Source of the DNA: an uncultured candidate division Zixibacteria bacterium
GTDB taxonomy: Bacteria; Zixibacteria; MSB-5A5; UBA10806
Direction: 5' to 3'
NCBI GenBank assembly: GCA_963817915.1
Contig: CAWFQL010000017.1
Span: forward strand, 51,239 to 115,238
Length of the DNA: 64,000 nucleotides
The position numbers and the translations under genes are program-made. The notes under the pieces are model-generated. The model saw only the letters and a list, made by a program, of their open reading frames with translations, made no database searches and was not told the DNA's origin. Of the stretch, positions 28,580 to 39,751 are shown piece by piece. How positions within the stretch are numbered: position 1 is the first letter of the stretch; each line of letters begins with the position of its first letter.

Positions 28580-30692
28580 TTATTTTAACAGGGTAAGCTG
28601 AATACTTTGCGATTGATCGCCTGATTCGAGCCGGGCGAAATAGATACCTGACGCGAATTCTGACGCGTTCCAGATAACACTATGCTGACCGGCGTCCTGA
28701 ATGCCATCGACAAGCAGCGCGACCCGCTGGCCCAGGATATCGTAAATCGAAATATTAATCGAGCCGCTTTGTGCCAATGAATAATCTATCGTTGTGGAGG
28801 CATTGAAGGGATTCGGATAGTTTTGGGATAATGTGAAATCCGAAGGAATTGGCCCGGGATCATCGATGCCGATCAAAGTAAATCTTAAAATAGATAAGGC
28901 TGTGTTATCGGCGACAAACGAGCGATTGCCAACTAGGTATATTCCGGATGCTGCTCCGGGAGTCGCAAACGATCCGGCGGAAGTTGGAATCGATGGATTA
29001 ATAATATTCACTATCCGAAGCCCGGAATTATTATCCGCTATATACGCAAATCCGCCAGAGACATTTATGCCGTAAGCGGCATCGGGGAGATCGAAAGTGC
29101 TTTGCAAAGACGGATTTGCGGGATTGCCGATATTACAATTTTGAGAGAGCTATTGTTGGTCAAATATGCAAAACTGCCCGAAACAGCAGATCGCAGCGAA
29201 TTGTGCCTGTCAGGCCCAGACTCCCCGTGAGTGAAGGGCTGGCAGGGTTCGATATATTGACAATCTGCAGGCCCGTATTTTCACAAGCCATGTAAGCGTA
29301 ATTACCGGACACGAAAACACCCACCGCCGCTGATGAGGTCGAATATCCTCCCACAAATGACGGGCTGGCTGGATTGATTATGTTTATTATTTGAAGTCCC
29401 AATGATCGATCCGCGATATACGCATAGACTCCCGATATCTGAACATCGACAGAAGCGTTCATGGCACGGCTGCCGACTAATGTGGGAATGGCCGGATTGG
29501 AAACATTAATAATAAGCAGGCCGGAATTATCGGCTGCCATGTAGGCGTAATTGCCGAAAGCCGCGACCTTTTTGGCTGAATTTGGTGTCCCGTAACGGCC
29601 AACAAAGAAAGGGCTGGCCTGATTGGCAACATCGAGAATCTGGAGCCCTACGGGGCCATCGGCCACATAGGCATAATTGCCCGAAACAAAAACACTCTTC
29701 GAATAACCCTGATTGGGAGTGAGATAGCTGCCCACAAAAGACGGGCTCGATGGACTCGAAACATTGATGATTTGTAATCCTGTGTATTGATCGGCGATAT
29801 AGGCACTTGATGCCGAAACGAAGACACGATAAGCCAGGCCATTGGTGTCGAAGGTACCGGTTAATGAGGGACTAGACGGCGTTGATATATTTAGAACTTG
29901 CAGACCTGAAAGACCATCGGAAATATAAGCGTAATTGCCGGAGACAAATATGTCTGAGGCTTCGCCGGGCGTATCGCGGCTTCCCACGAATGCGGGATTG
30001 GCCGGGTCTGAAATATTTATGACTTGAAGGCCGGATGAACCGTCGGCAATATAGGCGTATGAGCCTACAACAAAGACCGCATAGGCATTTCCGGGAGTAG
30101 AACGGCTTCCTACAAATGCAGGGGCGCCTGGATTGGAAATATTAATGATTTGCAGGCCGGAGGAACCATCGGCGATATACGCGTAGCTGCCGGAGACATA
30201 GATGCCTGTCGCTTCGCCGGGCGTGTCGCGGCTGCCTGTGAATGATGGGTTAGAGGGATTGGAAATATTAATTATCTGCAGCCCCGATGCGCCATCGGCA
30301 ACGTACGCGTAATTCCCCGAGATATAGACCTGGGATGCTTCACCGGGCGTATCGCGGTTTCCGACAAAAAATGGGTTGCCCGGATTCGCGATATTTACAA
30401 CCTGCAATCCTGAGTAGCCATCGGCGATAAAGGCATAATTGCCAGATATATCCAATCCTCGTCCGACACCCTGGAGGGCGAATTCTCCGGCCAATGACGG
30501 GGCCGATGGATTGGAAATATTCAAATTCACCAGGCCGAAATCGTACAGGCAATAGGCGTAATTGCCCGCGATTTTGGCGTCAACGGTCATTCTCCAATTA
30601 TATGAGCCGACCTGGACGACATTCTGAGCCTGAAGTATTCCGGAGCTTAAAAGTATTAATAGGAATGCGACGCCCAATAATCTATTTTTCAT
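28580..30692 (-). pseudogene. LVIVD-repeat beta-propeller protein with T9SS C-terminal sorting domain, two frame breaks before the last repeats
   Basis: Signal peptide MKNRLLGVAFLLILLSSGILQAQ. About 12 tandem ~44-aa units (GNYAY[IV]ADG.SGLQ[IV][IV]NISNPS.P...G). ORF 29160..30692 runs into a stop, an intermediate frame reads VSGSFAYLTNNSSLKIV, then ORF 28580..29107 continues NIGNPANPSLQSTFD...YPNPFNASTTIDY...IYFARL...LTLLK. Breaks near 29199-29203 and 29131-29136. Confidence 0.75.
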
Positions 30693-30796
30693 TTTTCCTC
30701 CGGTATTTGAAAATCACTCGAAAATCAAGTTTCAAGACAATCATAGATAAGAACATCAAATTACCCTTTTTAGTTTCAATTCATAGATAAAAGCAC

Positions 30797-31176
30797 GGAA
30801 GGGTTCAAAATTTTGAACCCCCTACGGCGGCATTCGTTATAGTTGCAGGCGGGTTTGATAAATCAAACCCCTACAATCGCATTTTTATTTTTGTAGAGAC
30901 GCAAGATTTTGCGTCTCTACCGGTGATAATGAATTACATATCGGCAGGATTCCAGTAGCCCAAATCTCGAAGAGATTTGGGAACACGACCCCAAAACCAC
31001 GGGGGATTTTGGGCTACGGCTCCGACCGCCCATAGTAGGATGCGGTCAGGGCAAGCCCTGACTCGCAGGAAAACGCCCATAGTAGGATGCGGTCACAGTA
31101 AACTGTGACACGCAGGAATAATGCCAACCTTCGGATTGCTTCGTCGTCCGGCAGCTGCCGGACTTCTCGCAATGAC
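30797..31176. repeat. hairpin mosaic upstream of the LVIVD gene, including a tandem REP doublet
   Basis: ggaagggttcaaaattttgaaccccctac; ggcgggtttgataaatcaaacccctac; gagacgcaagattttgcgtctctac; cccaaatctcgaagagatttggg. REPs at 31042..31066 and 31089..31113 are each preceded by cccataGTAGgat. Half IR element at 31132..31176. Confidence 0.85.
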
Positions 31177-31249
31177 CGGAAATGGGGTTTTGAGACAGAC
31201 TAAGGGATTCATTGACTGCGGCAATAAGCTATGTAAATTGTATAATCGT

Positions 31250-32751
31250 TTATTTGATATAGACGAGCTTGATGGTCTTTTGGTTTTGGGACGCTCTTGC
31301 TCTGGCGAAATAAATGCCTGTAGAGACTCTATTTCCCATAGCATCCTGGGCGTCCCATTTTATTTCTCCCTCCTTTGCCCCAATCAAATTAAATGTCCGT
31401 ACTTGTCTGCCCATAAGATCATATATTCCTATTTCCAAATCACCTCCTTCCGGATTGCTAAATGTTATCATTGTATTTGAATTAAATGGATTCGGATAAG
31501 CGGCCATACTTAAATCACTGGGGATATTAAGGTCGCCATAATCATTGATCCCAGTAATATGCTCGTTGCGAAGATAGTAGTCAGTTGCCGCTATCATGTA
31601 GCGTACTCTATCGACCAGGCAATGCAATACGAATCGCATCTCCCTCGTATGAATAATCTAAGGCTGGAGATCTTTCGATGATTTCCATTGAACCAGTAAT
31701 TACTTCTGGAGTTGTCCATGATACTCCCCAATCCAATGATTTTGAATACATGATTTTAGGATAACTGCAGCCAAATGGCTGACCATCGTTCCAAGGCTAC
31801 GTAGAGGCATTCATCTAATAATATCCCGGATGTATGCCAGCCGGTTTGAGTATTTGTTAAACGCGATTCCGGCAGCCAGCTATTGCCGTTGTCAGTGCTG
31901 ATACGGGCAAGAATATCTCGCCATAATACCAAAGCAATTGCTTCCATATTTATGGTCAAACCAAGTGGTAATAATATGGCCATTTGAATCTGAGCGGATG
32001 CTTCCGGCAATTGTGAGGCGGCACCATCGTCGATGAAACGCTATTCTTGCCGTCCATCTTCTTCTCCAGTTAAGGCTTCTTCGATAATAGACTTCGATAT
32101 TCGACGATCCATCTAACATACCCATTTCATAAATCACGTGAAGTTGGCCGGCCGAATAAAGATATTGGGAGGAGTAAGGACATCCCAGGCAATTGGTTCC
32201 GCGACCGAGCTATCTCCCCAGGTCTCGCCGCCGTTAAAGCTTGTGAATACCAATATATACGCATTGGTATTATTCGAAACCAAACAAGATAAAAACAAGG
32301 TATCTCCGTTAGCCGCCAACCTTGGATATTTAAGCAATGGGTTTAGGCGAGTATGAAACACCTGATGAGGCGCGCTCCAGCTTTGCCCGCCATCACTGCT
32401 GGAATTATGAAAGACCTGTACTGTGGCGTTTCTGAAGTAAGCAACCCAACTTATGTGGACTTTGCCCTTGGAGTAAATAATATCGGGCATTTGACTTCCG
32501 TAAAATGTATCGGGCGGGACAATCGGCTCCGACCAGGTATTACCATTATCATAAGAATGGACATAGCTAATAGCGGTGGGAATTGAACCGACGGCATGGA
32601 TTGTATCTCCGACCGCTGCCACCCGCGTATCCATCCAGCCGATATAGTCGGTTACCTGCATCGGCTCTGTCCATTGGGCATAAGCCGTTGCAGTTGACAG
32701 GGTCACGAAAGCGAATATTGAAATCAAGGACTTGGGCACACAATTCCTCAT
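31250..32751 (-). pseudogene. BNR/sialidase-like repeat protein with T9SS C-terminal sorting domain, at least four frame breaks
   Basis: Signal peptide MRNCVPKSLISIFAFVTLSTATAYAQ from ATG 32751. BNR-type motifs in successive frames (SYDNGNTWSEP, SSDGGQSWSAP, STDNGNSWLPE, SKSLDWGVSWTTP). T9SS tail AYPNPFNSNTMITF...GIYFARA...KLVYIK in ORF 31250..31639. Frame changes near 32134-32160, 31892-32010, 31759-31796 and 31610-31640. Confidence 0.75.
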
Positions 32752-32858
32752 TGTTATTTGACGAAACTTCTTGCTGTAGTATAACAGAATTTTGGGGAAA
32801 TGGTATTGTTTATTTTGCGAGAAGTCGTCAGGAAGGGATTCCTTACGGGGCGGGGAAA

Positions 32859-33238
32859 GGAGGGCACAACATGTTGTGCCCCTACAGGAATAATCGTTCT
32901 TTTGCGGGCGGGTTTGATAAATCAAACCCCTACAATCGCATTTTTTATTTTTGTAAAGAGCAAGATTTCGTTCGGAGACGCAAGATTTTGCGTCTCTACC
33001 GGCAATAGCAGTAGGGCAGGAGTCGAAGACTCCTGCCGATCACGGCTTTATGGCAGGAGTGTACCACTCCTGCCCTACTCCGACTACAGCGCGGAAAATG
33101 GCGGGCAAGATTCCGCATCAAGCCGATTTAGGCCCGCCGTGGTGGGTGCGGAATGACAGGTATTACATTTCGGGCGGGTGTGGAGACTACCTTCAGATTG
33201 CTTCGGCGACCGACAGGAGCCGGACTTCTCGCAATGAC
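32859..33238. repeat. hairpin mosaic upstream of the BNR pseudogene
   Basis: ggagggcacaacatgttgtgcccctac; ggcgggtttgataaatcaaacccctac; gagacgcaagattttgcgtctctac; gtagggcaggagtcgaagactcctgcc; ggcaggagtgtaccactcctgccctac; agattccgc...gcggaatgaca (33108..33158); half IR element 33194..33238. Confidence 0.85.
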
Positions 33239-33353
33239 ACGCCAAAAGGATTTTGCGGGAATATAGGTGTGTTTGACACCGGCCAAAGAATCATAATTTG
33301 ATTGCGTCCCTTAATCTTATCTGGTAATTTTTGAATTGGATGGGAGGGCTGAT

Positions 33354-33815
33354 ATGAATTACTTGAAGGAATTATTCGGGTACAACGCGAAATTCTCGAA
33401 TGAGATCATAAAATCGTTGAGGACTGTCGACTCCAGGAAATTTATCGATCAGAAGGTGGGCGCCTGGGGGTCATTGAGAGATTTGACGGTTCATACGATA
33501 GAGGCCGAGGATTACTGGATTAATAAAATAATCCAGGGAAAGGATTTTTCAGGATACGAATTCGATGATTTCAATGATTACGATGATATCGAGGAGAAAT
33601 GGAAAGAAGTCGAGGCTGATATATTGATTTATCTCGAAAATCTTACTCCCGCAGAACTGAAAAAGGAATTGAAGGTGAAATGGGATAAAGAATTTTTATA
33701 TCCGGTCGAGAAAATTCTTCAACATATATATACCCACACGGTTCATCATAGAGGGCAAATCGTCAGCGGGATAAACATATTAGGCGGCAAGGCGCCAAGT
33801 GTGGATATAATATGA
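33354..33815 (+). CDS. DinB-family protein
   Basis: ATG 33354 follows GGGAGGG; the listed TTG 33336 is less likely. HTIEAEDYW and HIYTHTVHHRGQ His-triad helices. Confidence 0.75.
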   Translation: MNYLKELFGYNAKFSNEIIKSLRTVDSRKFIDQKVGAWGSLRDLTVHTIEAEDYWINKIIQGKDFSGYEFDDFNDYDDIEEKWKEVEADILIYLENLTPAELKKELKVKWDKEFLYPVEKILQHIYTHTVHHRGQIVSGINILGGKAPSVDII

Positions 33816-34207
33816 CGGATTTCTTAATGACTGACGATGAAATTAAGACCCTTTTGACTGATATTCAGAAAGCTATCGATAATAGGGATATTGAAGCGGC
33901 ACTTAGCTATTACCATACTGATATAGTCTATATCGGTGCGGCATCTCCAAAGCCGATTGAGGGGCAAGAAGCGTTGCGGACGGCCTTTGTGGAAAATTTT
34001 AAAGGACCCCAGAAGACAGCGATTAAATTCGGCAAGGTTGGAGTAACCAGAATTTCAGAGCAGGTTTTCGCGGTCTATTGTCAGGTCGATGGCAGGCAGA
34101 CGATATATTTCAGCACAAGGGAATTTAAGGGATGGCTCAGCAGAATATTCGTAATGATTGAAAATCGCCCGATGATCATCCATGAGCATTTTACGATAAT
34201 CACTTGA
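33812..34207 (+). CDS. SnoaL-like / NTF2-fold protein (DUF4440-type)
   Basis: 131 aa. LLTDIQKAIDNRDIEAALSYYHTDIVYIG N-terminus typical of the fold. 4-nt overlap with the DinB gene. Confidence 0.6.
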   Translation: MTDFLMTDDEIKTLLTDIQKAIDNRDIEAALSYYHTDIVYIGAASPKPIEGQEALRTAFVENFKGPQKTAIKFGKVGVTRISEQVFAVYCQVDGRQTIYFSTREFKGWLSRIFVMIENRPMIIHEHFTIIT

Positions 34208-34390
34208 TGAAATTCGCTCCTATGAAATTCATAAGCTATTAGATAGCATGGTTCTAAATCATTTTATTAGACGCCTGATATCTTCAAATCCGGGAACCCT
34301 GGCGTCTGATTTAGGTTTACAATCAATGATGAATGGGTTATATTAAACGCTTTGTGAGAAGAGAGATTAAGGAAATTAAGGAGGAATGAA

Positions 34391-34711
34391 TTGTTTGAAG
34401 GGTTAATTTTAATGGGTGCACAGCCTGGTGGAAGCGCCGGTGGCGGAGCAGCCAGCGGAATTTCGATGATTATAATGTTCGCCCTGATTTTTGGAGTGAT
34501 GTACTTTTTCATGATCAGACCACAGCAGAAAAAGGAAAAAGAACGTCAAAAGATGATTGCAGAGCTCAAAAAAGGGGACAAGGTTATCACGAACTCCGGG
34601 ATGTATGGGACTATCTGGGGAATGAAAGATAACGTCATTATTTTGAAGGTCGACGAGGAAGTCAAAATCGAATTCCTCAAGAGCGCGATCGCAGGTAGAG
34701 TCACCGAATAA
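34391..34711 (+). CDS. yajC: preprotein translocase subunit YajC
   Basis: FFMIRPQQKKEKERQKMIAELKKGDKVITNSGMYGTI. TTG start lies 8 nt after AAGGAGG. Confidence 0.85.
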   Translation: MFEGLILMGAQPGGSAGGGAASGISMIIMFALIFGVMYFFMIRPQQKKEKERQKMIAELKKGDKVITNSGMYGTIWGMKDNVIILKVDEEVKIEFLKSAIAGRVTE

Positions 34712-34721
34712 GTAAAAGGAG

Positions 34722-35246
34722 ATGATCGAATTGCCTCCTCTTCCGATAAAAATTTATGGCGAACCGATATTGCGTCAGCAATCATCGGTGATTGAAAATA
34801 TCGACGGTTCGCTCGTGGATTTTTTCCATGACATGACATTGACAATGAAGACCGCAAATGGTCTGGGGCTGGCCGCCAATCAGGTTGGCCGCGGCATAAG
34901 AGCATTTACGATAGATTTGTCTCACTTCGATGTGCTTGACGATCCTCAGGTGATTATCAATCCTGTGATCATGGAAACTTCGGGTTCTGTTATCGGGGAA
35001 GAAGGATGTTTGTCGTTCCCCGGGCTTTATCAGAATATTGAACGGCCCCAAAAGGTGACTATCAAAAGCATAGATATTGACGGCAAAGAATATTTTTATG
35101 AGGCCGAAGGATTAATCGCCCGGGTGCTCCTGCATGAAATCGATCATCTAAATGGCGTGTTATACATAGATAAGCTCAGCGCGGCGCAGCGGAATATTAT
35201 TAAAAGCAAACTCACCAGAATAAAGGCTGGTGAGAGGGTAGAATGA
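34722..35246 (+). CDS. def: peptide deformylase
   Basis: All three motifs present: GLGLAANQVG, EGCLSFPG and HEIDHLNG. Confidence 0.95.
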   Translation: MIELPPLPIKIYGEPILRQQSSVIENIDGSLVDFFHDMTLTMKTANGLGLAANQVGRGIRAFTIDLSHFDVLDDPQVIINPVIMETSGSVIGEEGCLSFPGLYQNIERPQKVTIKSIDIDGKEYFYEAEGLIARVLLHEIDHLNGVLYIDKLSAAQRNIIKSKLTRIKAGERVE

Positions 35247-36184
35247 GGCTGGTTTTTTTCGGGACCCCCGAATTTGCATCCAGATGCCTTGAAAAAATTA
35301 TAGCGTCAGATCACGAGGTATTAGCGGTTGTTACCGCTCCTGATAAGCCTAAGGGCCGGGGTAAGAAAATTGAACCTCCTGACGTCAAGATTACGGCCTT
35401 GAAGCACGGGTTGGAGGTCTTTCAACCTGAGAAGCTGAAGGAAAAAGAATTCATATCAAGGCTAAAAGCATTAAAAGCCGATTTTTATTGTGTCGTGGCA
35501 TTCCGGATTTTGCCCGAAGAGGTATTTTCAATGCCCACGAAAGGGTGTGTTAATTTGCACGCGTCATTATTGCCCAAGTATCGCGGGGCCGCACCAATTA
35601 ATTGGGCGATTATCAAGGGCGAACATGAGACCGGCCTGACAACGTTTTTTATTCGCAAAAAGGTTGATACCGGTGATATAATAATGTGGGAAAAGATGAA
35701 TATCGGGCCCGATGAGACATTTGGCGAGCTTCATGATAGAATGGCGGAAATGGGCGGCGATTTGATCGTAAAGACCATGAATTTGATTCAATCAGGCGCA
35801 ATTAAAACAATGACGCAGGACGAGGTTCAAACATCGCCCGCGCCGAAATTGTCTCCTGAATCAGGCAAGATTAAATGGTTCGATACGGCATTCAATATAC
35901 ACAATCTAATCAGGGGTCTTTCGCCAAGACCCGGAGCCTATACATATAGAAATGGGAAAAAACTCTTGATACTACGTTCAAAAATAAAAGAAATTAATAA
36001 GGTTATCAAAAATCCGGGCACGATCGTGCTGGCCGATCCTAAAAAAGGGATCGAAATCGGGTGCGGAAAAGGTGTTCTCGAATTGATCGAGCTTAAGCCG
36101 GAATCCGGCAAAGTAATCTCGGGCGCGGAATTGGTGCGCGGCTACCATTTAAAGGCGGGCGAGGAGTTCGGGGAGGCAAATTGA
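35243..36184 (+). CDS. fmt: methionyl-tRNA formyltransferase
   Basis: MRLVFFGTPEFA, VNLHASLLPKYRGAAPINWAI. 4-nt overlap with def. Confidence 0.95.
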   Translation: MRLVFFGTPEFASRCLEKIIASDHEVLAVVTAPDKPKGRGKKIEPPDVKITALKHGLEVFQPEKLKEKEFISRLKALKADFYCVVAFRILPEEVFSMPTKGCVNLHASLLPKYRGAAPINWAIIKGEHETGLTTFFIRKKVDTGDIIMWEKMNIGPDETFGELHDRMAEMGGDLIVKTMNLIQSGAIKTMTQDEVQTSPAPKLSPESGKIKWFDTAFNIHNLIRGLSPRPGAYTYRNGKKLLILRSKIKEINKVIKNPGTIVLADPKKGIEIGCGKGVLELIELKPESGKVISGAELVRGYHLKAGEEFGEAN

Positions 36185-37749
36185 GCGCGAGAATAAGTAC
36201 TGAAATATATGTCAATGTCACCGATTATGAGACTCGTATAGCGGTAGTCGAGGATACCAAATTAGTCGAACTGCTGGTCGAGCGGCCTGAAAAGGAACGG
36301 ATAGTCGGGAATATTTATAAAGGTAAAGTCACCGCGGTTTTGCCCGGAATCCAGGCGGCATTCGTAGATATCGGTTTGGAGAAAGCGGGCTTTCTTCATT
36401 TTTCGGATACTACTTTTAACCAAGGCGAGCGAAGCATGCTTTTCGATATGGATTTTATCGATGAGGAAACTCTTGATACTCCGGTCGTCTCGAAAGTCAA
36501 AAGGTCTTCGACCATCACGGACATAATCAAAAAAGGCCAGGAGTTGCTTGTTCAGGTCATAAAAGAATCTATAGGAAGCAAAGGGCCTCGTCTGACGAGC
36601 CAGATTTCTTTGCCGGGAAGATATGTTGTGATGGTTCCCGGCGGAAGCCATATAGGGATTTCAAAAAAGATATCGAATGTCAGCGAGAAGAAACGTTTGC
36701 GAAAGGCTGTGTCGGAATTCAAGCCGCCGAATTTTGGAATTATTGTCAGGACTGTGGCGCAGGGGAAGGATCAAAAGGAATTCAAGGCCGACATGAGTCT
36801 TCTTTCCAAGCTTTGGGAGAAGATGAAGAAGAAGGTTGAATCGACCAAGGCTCCGGCTCTGGTGCATAAAGACCTTGAATTAACCGGCGGGATTATCAGA
36901 GATTTATTGACACCGGATATAAGCAAAGTCGTGATCGATAATAAAAATGAATTTGCCCTTATTATGAAATATCTGAAGGCATTAGACCCCAATTTGCGTT
37001 CTCTGGTGCAATATTACGGTGACAGGGAGCCACTTTTTGATAAGGCAGGGATCGAGGCAGAAATCGAGAAAATGCTTGAAAGGCGTGTCTGGATTAAACG
37101 GGGCGCCAATATTGTTATAGATCAAACGGAGGCTGTGGTCGCAATCGATGTCAATACCGGCCGTTCCAGTTCAAGGGGTAAGGGCGAGGATAATATTTTT
37201 CAGACTAATATCGAGGCCGCCAAGGAGATTGCCCGTCAGATAAGGCTTCGTGATATCGGCGGTATTATCATCATAGATTTTATCGATATGGAAAACCGGG
37301 AAAGCCGACGCCGGGTCTATGATGAATTCAAGAATGCCTTATCGCGAGATAGATCGGAAAATTATATTTCATCGATCTCGGATTTGGGTTTGGTCGAGAT
37401 GACCCGTGAACGTATAAGGCCGTCATTCATGCATACATTCTCGGAGCCGTGCCCGGTTTGCGATGGTGTCGGCAGAGTCCTTTCGAGTGAGTCGCTGGCA
37501 GTCAAGATCGAGAGATGGTTTAAGAGGGTGGCGGCAGGCTCAAGCAATAAGCATTTCCAGTTGACCGTAAATCCCAGAGTGAGCGAATTACTGTTGTCGG
37601 GAAAGCCGTCGCGCGTCAGGAAATTAGAGAAATTCTACGGATTCAAAATCAGCGTGGTAGTAGATACATCGCTGAAACCGGAGGTCTTTGAGATATTGGA
37701 TTTGACATCCGATGAGGATATCACAAATAAAATTCAGATAAAGAAGTGA
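36181..37749 (+). CDS. rng: ribonuclease E/G family endoribonuclease
   Basis: S1 domain (GNIYKGKVTAVLPGIQAAFVDIG), catalytic core (AIDVNTG, IIIIDFIDM) and Zn-link CPVCDG. 522 aa. Confidence 0.9.
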   Translation: MSARISTEIYVNVTDYETRIAVVEDTKLVELLVERPEKERIVGNIYKGKVTAVLPGIQAAFVDIGLEKAGFLHFSDTTFNQGERSMLFDMDFIDEETLDTPVVSKVKRSSTITDIIKKGQELLVQVIKESIGSKGPRLTSQISLPGRYVVMVPGGSHIGISKKISNVSEKKRLRKAVSEFKPPNFGIIVRTVAQGKDQKEFKADMSLLSKLWEKMKKKVESTKAPALVHKDLELTGGIIRDLLTPDISKVVIDNKNEFALIMKYLKALDPNLRSLVQYYGDREPLFDKAGIEAEIEKMLERRVWIKRGANIVIDQTEAVVAIDVNTGRSSSRGKGEDNIFQTNIEAAKEIARQIRLRDIGGIIIIDFIDMENRESRRRVYDEFKNALSRDRSENYISSISDLGLVEMTRERIRPSFMHTFSEPCPVCDGVGRVLSSESLAVKIERWFKRVAAGSSNKHFQLTVNPRVSELLLSGKPSRVRKLEKFYGFKISVVVDTSLKPEVFEILDLTSDEDITNKIQIKK

Positions 37750-37813
37750 CCCCCGGACCATCGCGCTGTTTACCAACTCTCAAGACATTGGCCGATAATT
37801 ATAATTTCGAATC

Positions 37814-39068
37814 ATGGGCAAAATAGACCAAAATAAATTATCCTCGATTCTAATCCTGACCGGAAATCTGATTTTCGCGTCTTCAGTTGTGATAACCAAT
37901 GTCCCCGCCTATTTAGGATTGCTGATTGCGCTTGTTGGAATTTGTCTTGATATCAATAAAGTCCGTCAACTGCTCAGCAATAGAATATTTATTCTAATTG
38001 TTTCTTTTCTGGTCTGGGGCATGATATTGTCATTAACACTCAAAGATCATAAATCTTTGGCATTTACGACAGTATTTTCATTCGCGGGGCATTGGCTGAT
38101 ACCATTTTCATCGGGATTCTGCCTGGAGTCAAAAGATAGAAACCGGCTGAAAATGATATTTATCGCGGTTGTAATGATAGTGGGAGTAATGAGTCTCGGG
38201 GCATATCTGGGATTATATAATGCGCCTGATCTTAGCAAAGAAGGGATGCTGTGGGGTTTTCATCATCATATAGCATTTGCGGCTATTTTGATGATGGCCT
38301 TTTTTATTATTTATAATATGGCGTTAGCAAAGGGGATTTCTCGTACGAAAGTTTTCATATTTTCAGCAATAGCGTTGCTGGCATTTATATTCGTGATTTT
38401 AACAGGCAGCCGGAGCTATTGGCTGGCAGGCATTATATCATTTGCGGCGGCCTCTATATATAATATCGTAGTCGGCAGGGCGAGGAAGATATCATTGCTG
38501 ATAATCGGTGTGGGGATACTGGCTATTGTAGTAGTCTCATTAATATTTCCTACAGGTGCAACAGCGGTATAAAATGACTAATTTGAATGATAGCAATTAT
38601 ATCTATCGAAGAAATATGGCTATGATGGCATCGTATATTATTCGCGATCACCCAATAGTGGGTATCGGTCCGGGTCAGATGCCATACGCCAAAGAATATT
38701 ATGATAAGATGGATTCATTGGGGCTAGTATTGGATTCGGGCTATCTAAAGAAAAAGCATTTGCATAATATGTATCTTCAAGTCGGGTCGGAATTCGGCTT
38801 GATTGGATTATTTATTTTTCTATCAATTTTGGTCATGTCGCTGGTGAAGATTCGTCAGTCGATGAAATTCGCTACCAAGGATTCATTCGAAAACAGCCTG
38901 GGGTATGGCGTCTTTTGGGGATTCATCACGCTTATGATCGGTGAGATGTTCGATTGTCTATTGAGGGGCCCGGCCGTCGCGATGATAGCATTCTGGCTGA
39001 TCGGAGCATCGATATCCTCGAAAGCTCTGGATAAAAGCGATGCCAATAAATTGCCGTTTGAAAAATAA
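37814..39068 (+). pseudogene. O-antigen ligase/polymerase (Wzy_C) family membrane protein, one frame break
   Basis: ORF 37814..38572 holds about 8 TM helices (LTGSRSYWLAG). ORF 38556..39068, in the +1 frame, carries RRNMAMMASYIIRDHPIVGIGPGQ...KKHLHNMYLQVGSEFGLIGL. The second frame is open from 38545, and removing one T from the TTT at 38546-38548 joins them. Confidence 0.7.
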
Positions 39069-39104
39069 CTGAGGTATGATTTGGGTATATGATGGGAGTA
39101 TTAA

Positions 39105-39638
39105 TTGACTTACGATAATTCTATTTTGCAGGTCGCTTCGATGATGGAGCTTGCGGCCAGGACCGCTCCAAAAGCCAGGGGCGAGGATTTTGTCGAAATA
39201 TTGGTATTGGGGAGAGACAAGCTGGAAGAGCTTGCGCGGGGCATGGAAAAATTCGGACTCGAAAGGGGTAGGAAGAATTTCGATCGCGACGCCCAAAATG
39301 TCAGAAATTCATCGGCGGTGGTTTTAATCGGGTTGAAGGATGCTACAACCACCGGGCTTAATTGCGGCGCATGCGGTTTTTCAACCTGCAAGCAGATGGA
39401 ATCGTCAAAGCCGATTGACGAGGATTTTAAGGGTCCGATTTGCAGTTATCGGCTTCTTGATCTCGGAATAGCCCTGGGTTCGGCCGTGAAAACAGCGCAG
39501 ATACTCAACGTGGACAATCGGATAATGTACAGGATTGGGGTTGTTGCCCGTTGGCTCAAAATCGTAAAATGGGATTATTTGATGGGCATACCGCTTTCGG
39601 CAACGGGTAAAAACATATATTTTGACCGTCGGGCGTGA
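39105..39638 (+). CDS. DUF2148 domain protein
   Basis: 177 aa. MELAARTAPKARGEDF and GLNCGACGFSTC motifs. Confidence 0.6.
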   Translation: MTYDNSILQVASMMELAARTAPKARGEDFVEILVLGRDKLEELARGMEKFGLERGRKNFDRDAQNVRNSSAVVLIGLKDATTTGLNCGACGFSTCKQMESSKPIDEDFKGPICSYRLLDLGIALGSAVKTAQILNVDNRIMYRIGVVARWLKIVKWDYLMGIPLSATGKNIYFDRRA

Positions 39639-39690
39639 AACAAAATATGCCATATCGGGTTAAATGAAGTTGGTGTGGGCCATAATGGGC

Positions 39691-39718
39691 TTGACTGGAA
39701 TTGGAATATTATTATATT
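39691..39718 (+). promoter_or_regulatory. candidate sigma-70-type promoter for rplU-bamA-skp-lpxD
   Basis: TTGACT (39691-39696), 16-nt spacer, TATATT (39713-39718), 34 nt before the rplU ATG. Confidence 0.4.
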
Positions 39719-39751
39719 TGTAATTTTTAATTAGGAGCAGCAGGAGGATTA

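Noticed and set aside
27855-33238. Possible tRNA, tmRNA or other structured RNA genes hidden among the hairpin fields.
   Set aside because: I found only simple perfect stem-loops belonging to repeat families. There is no cloverleaf arrangement, no conserved T-loop/D-loop sequence, and no unique long-range pairing.
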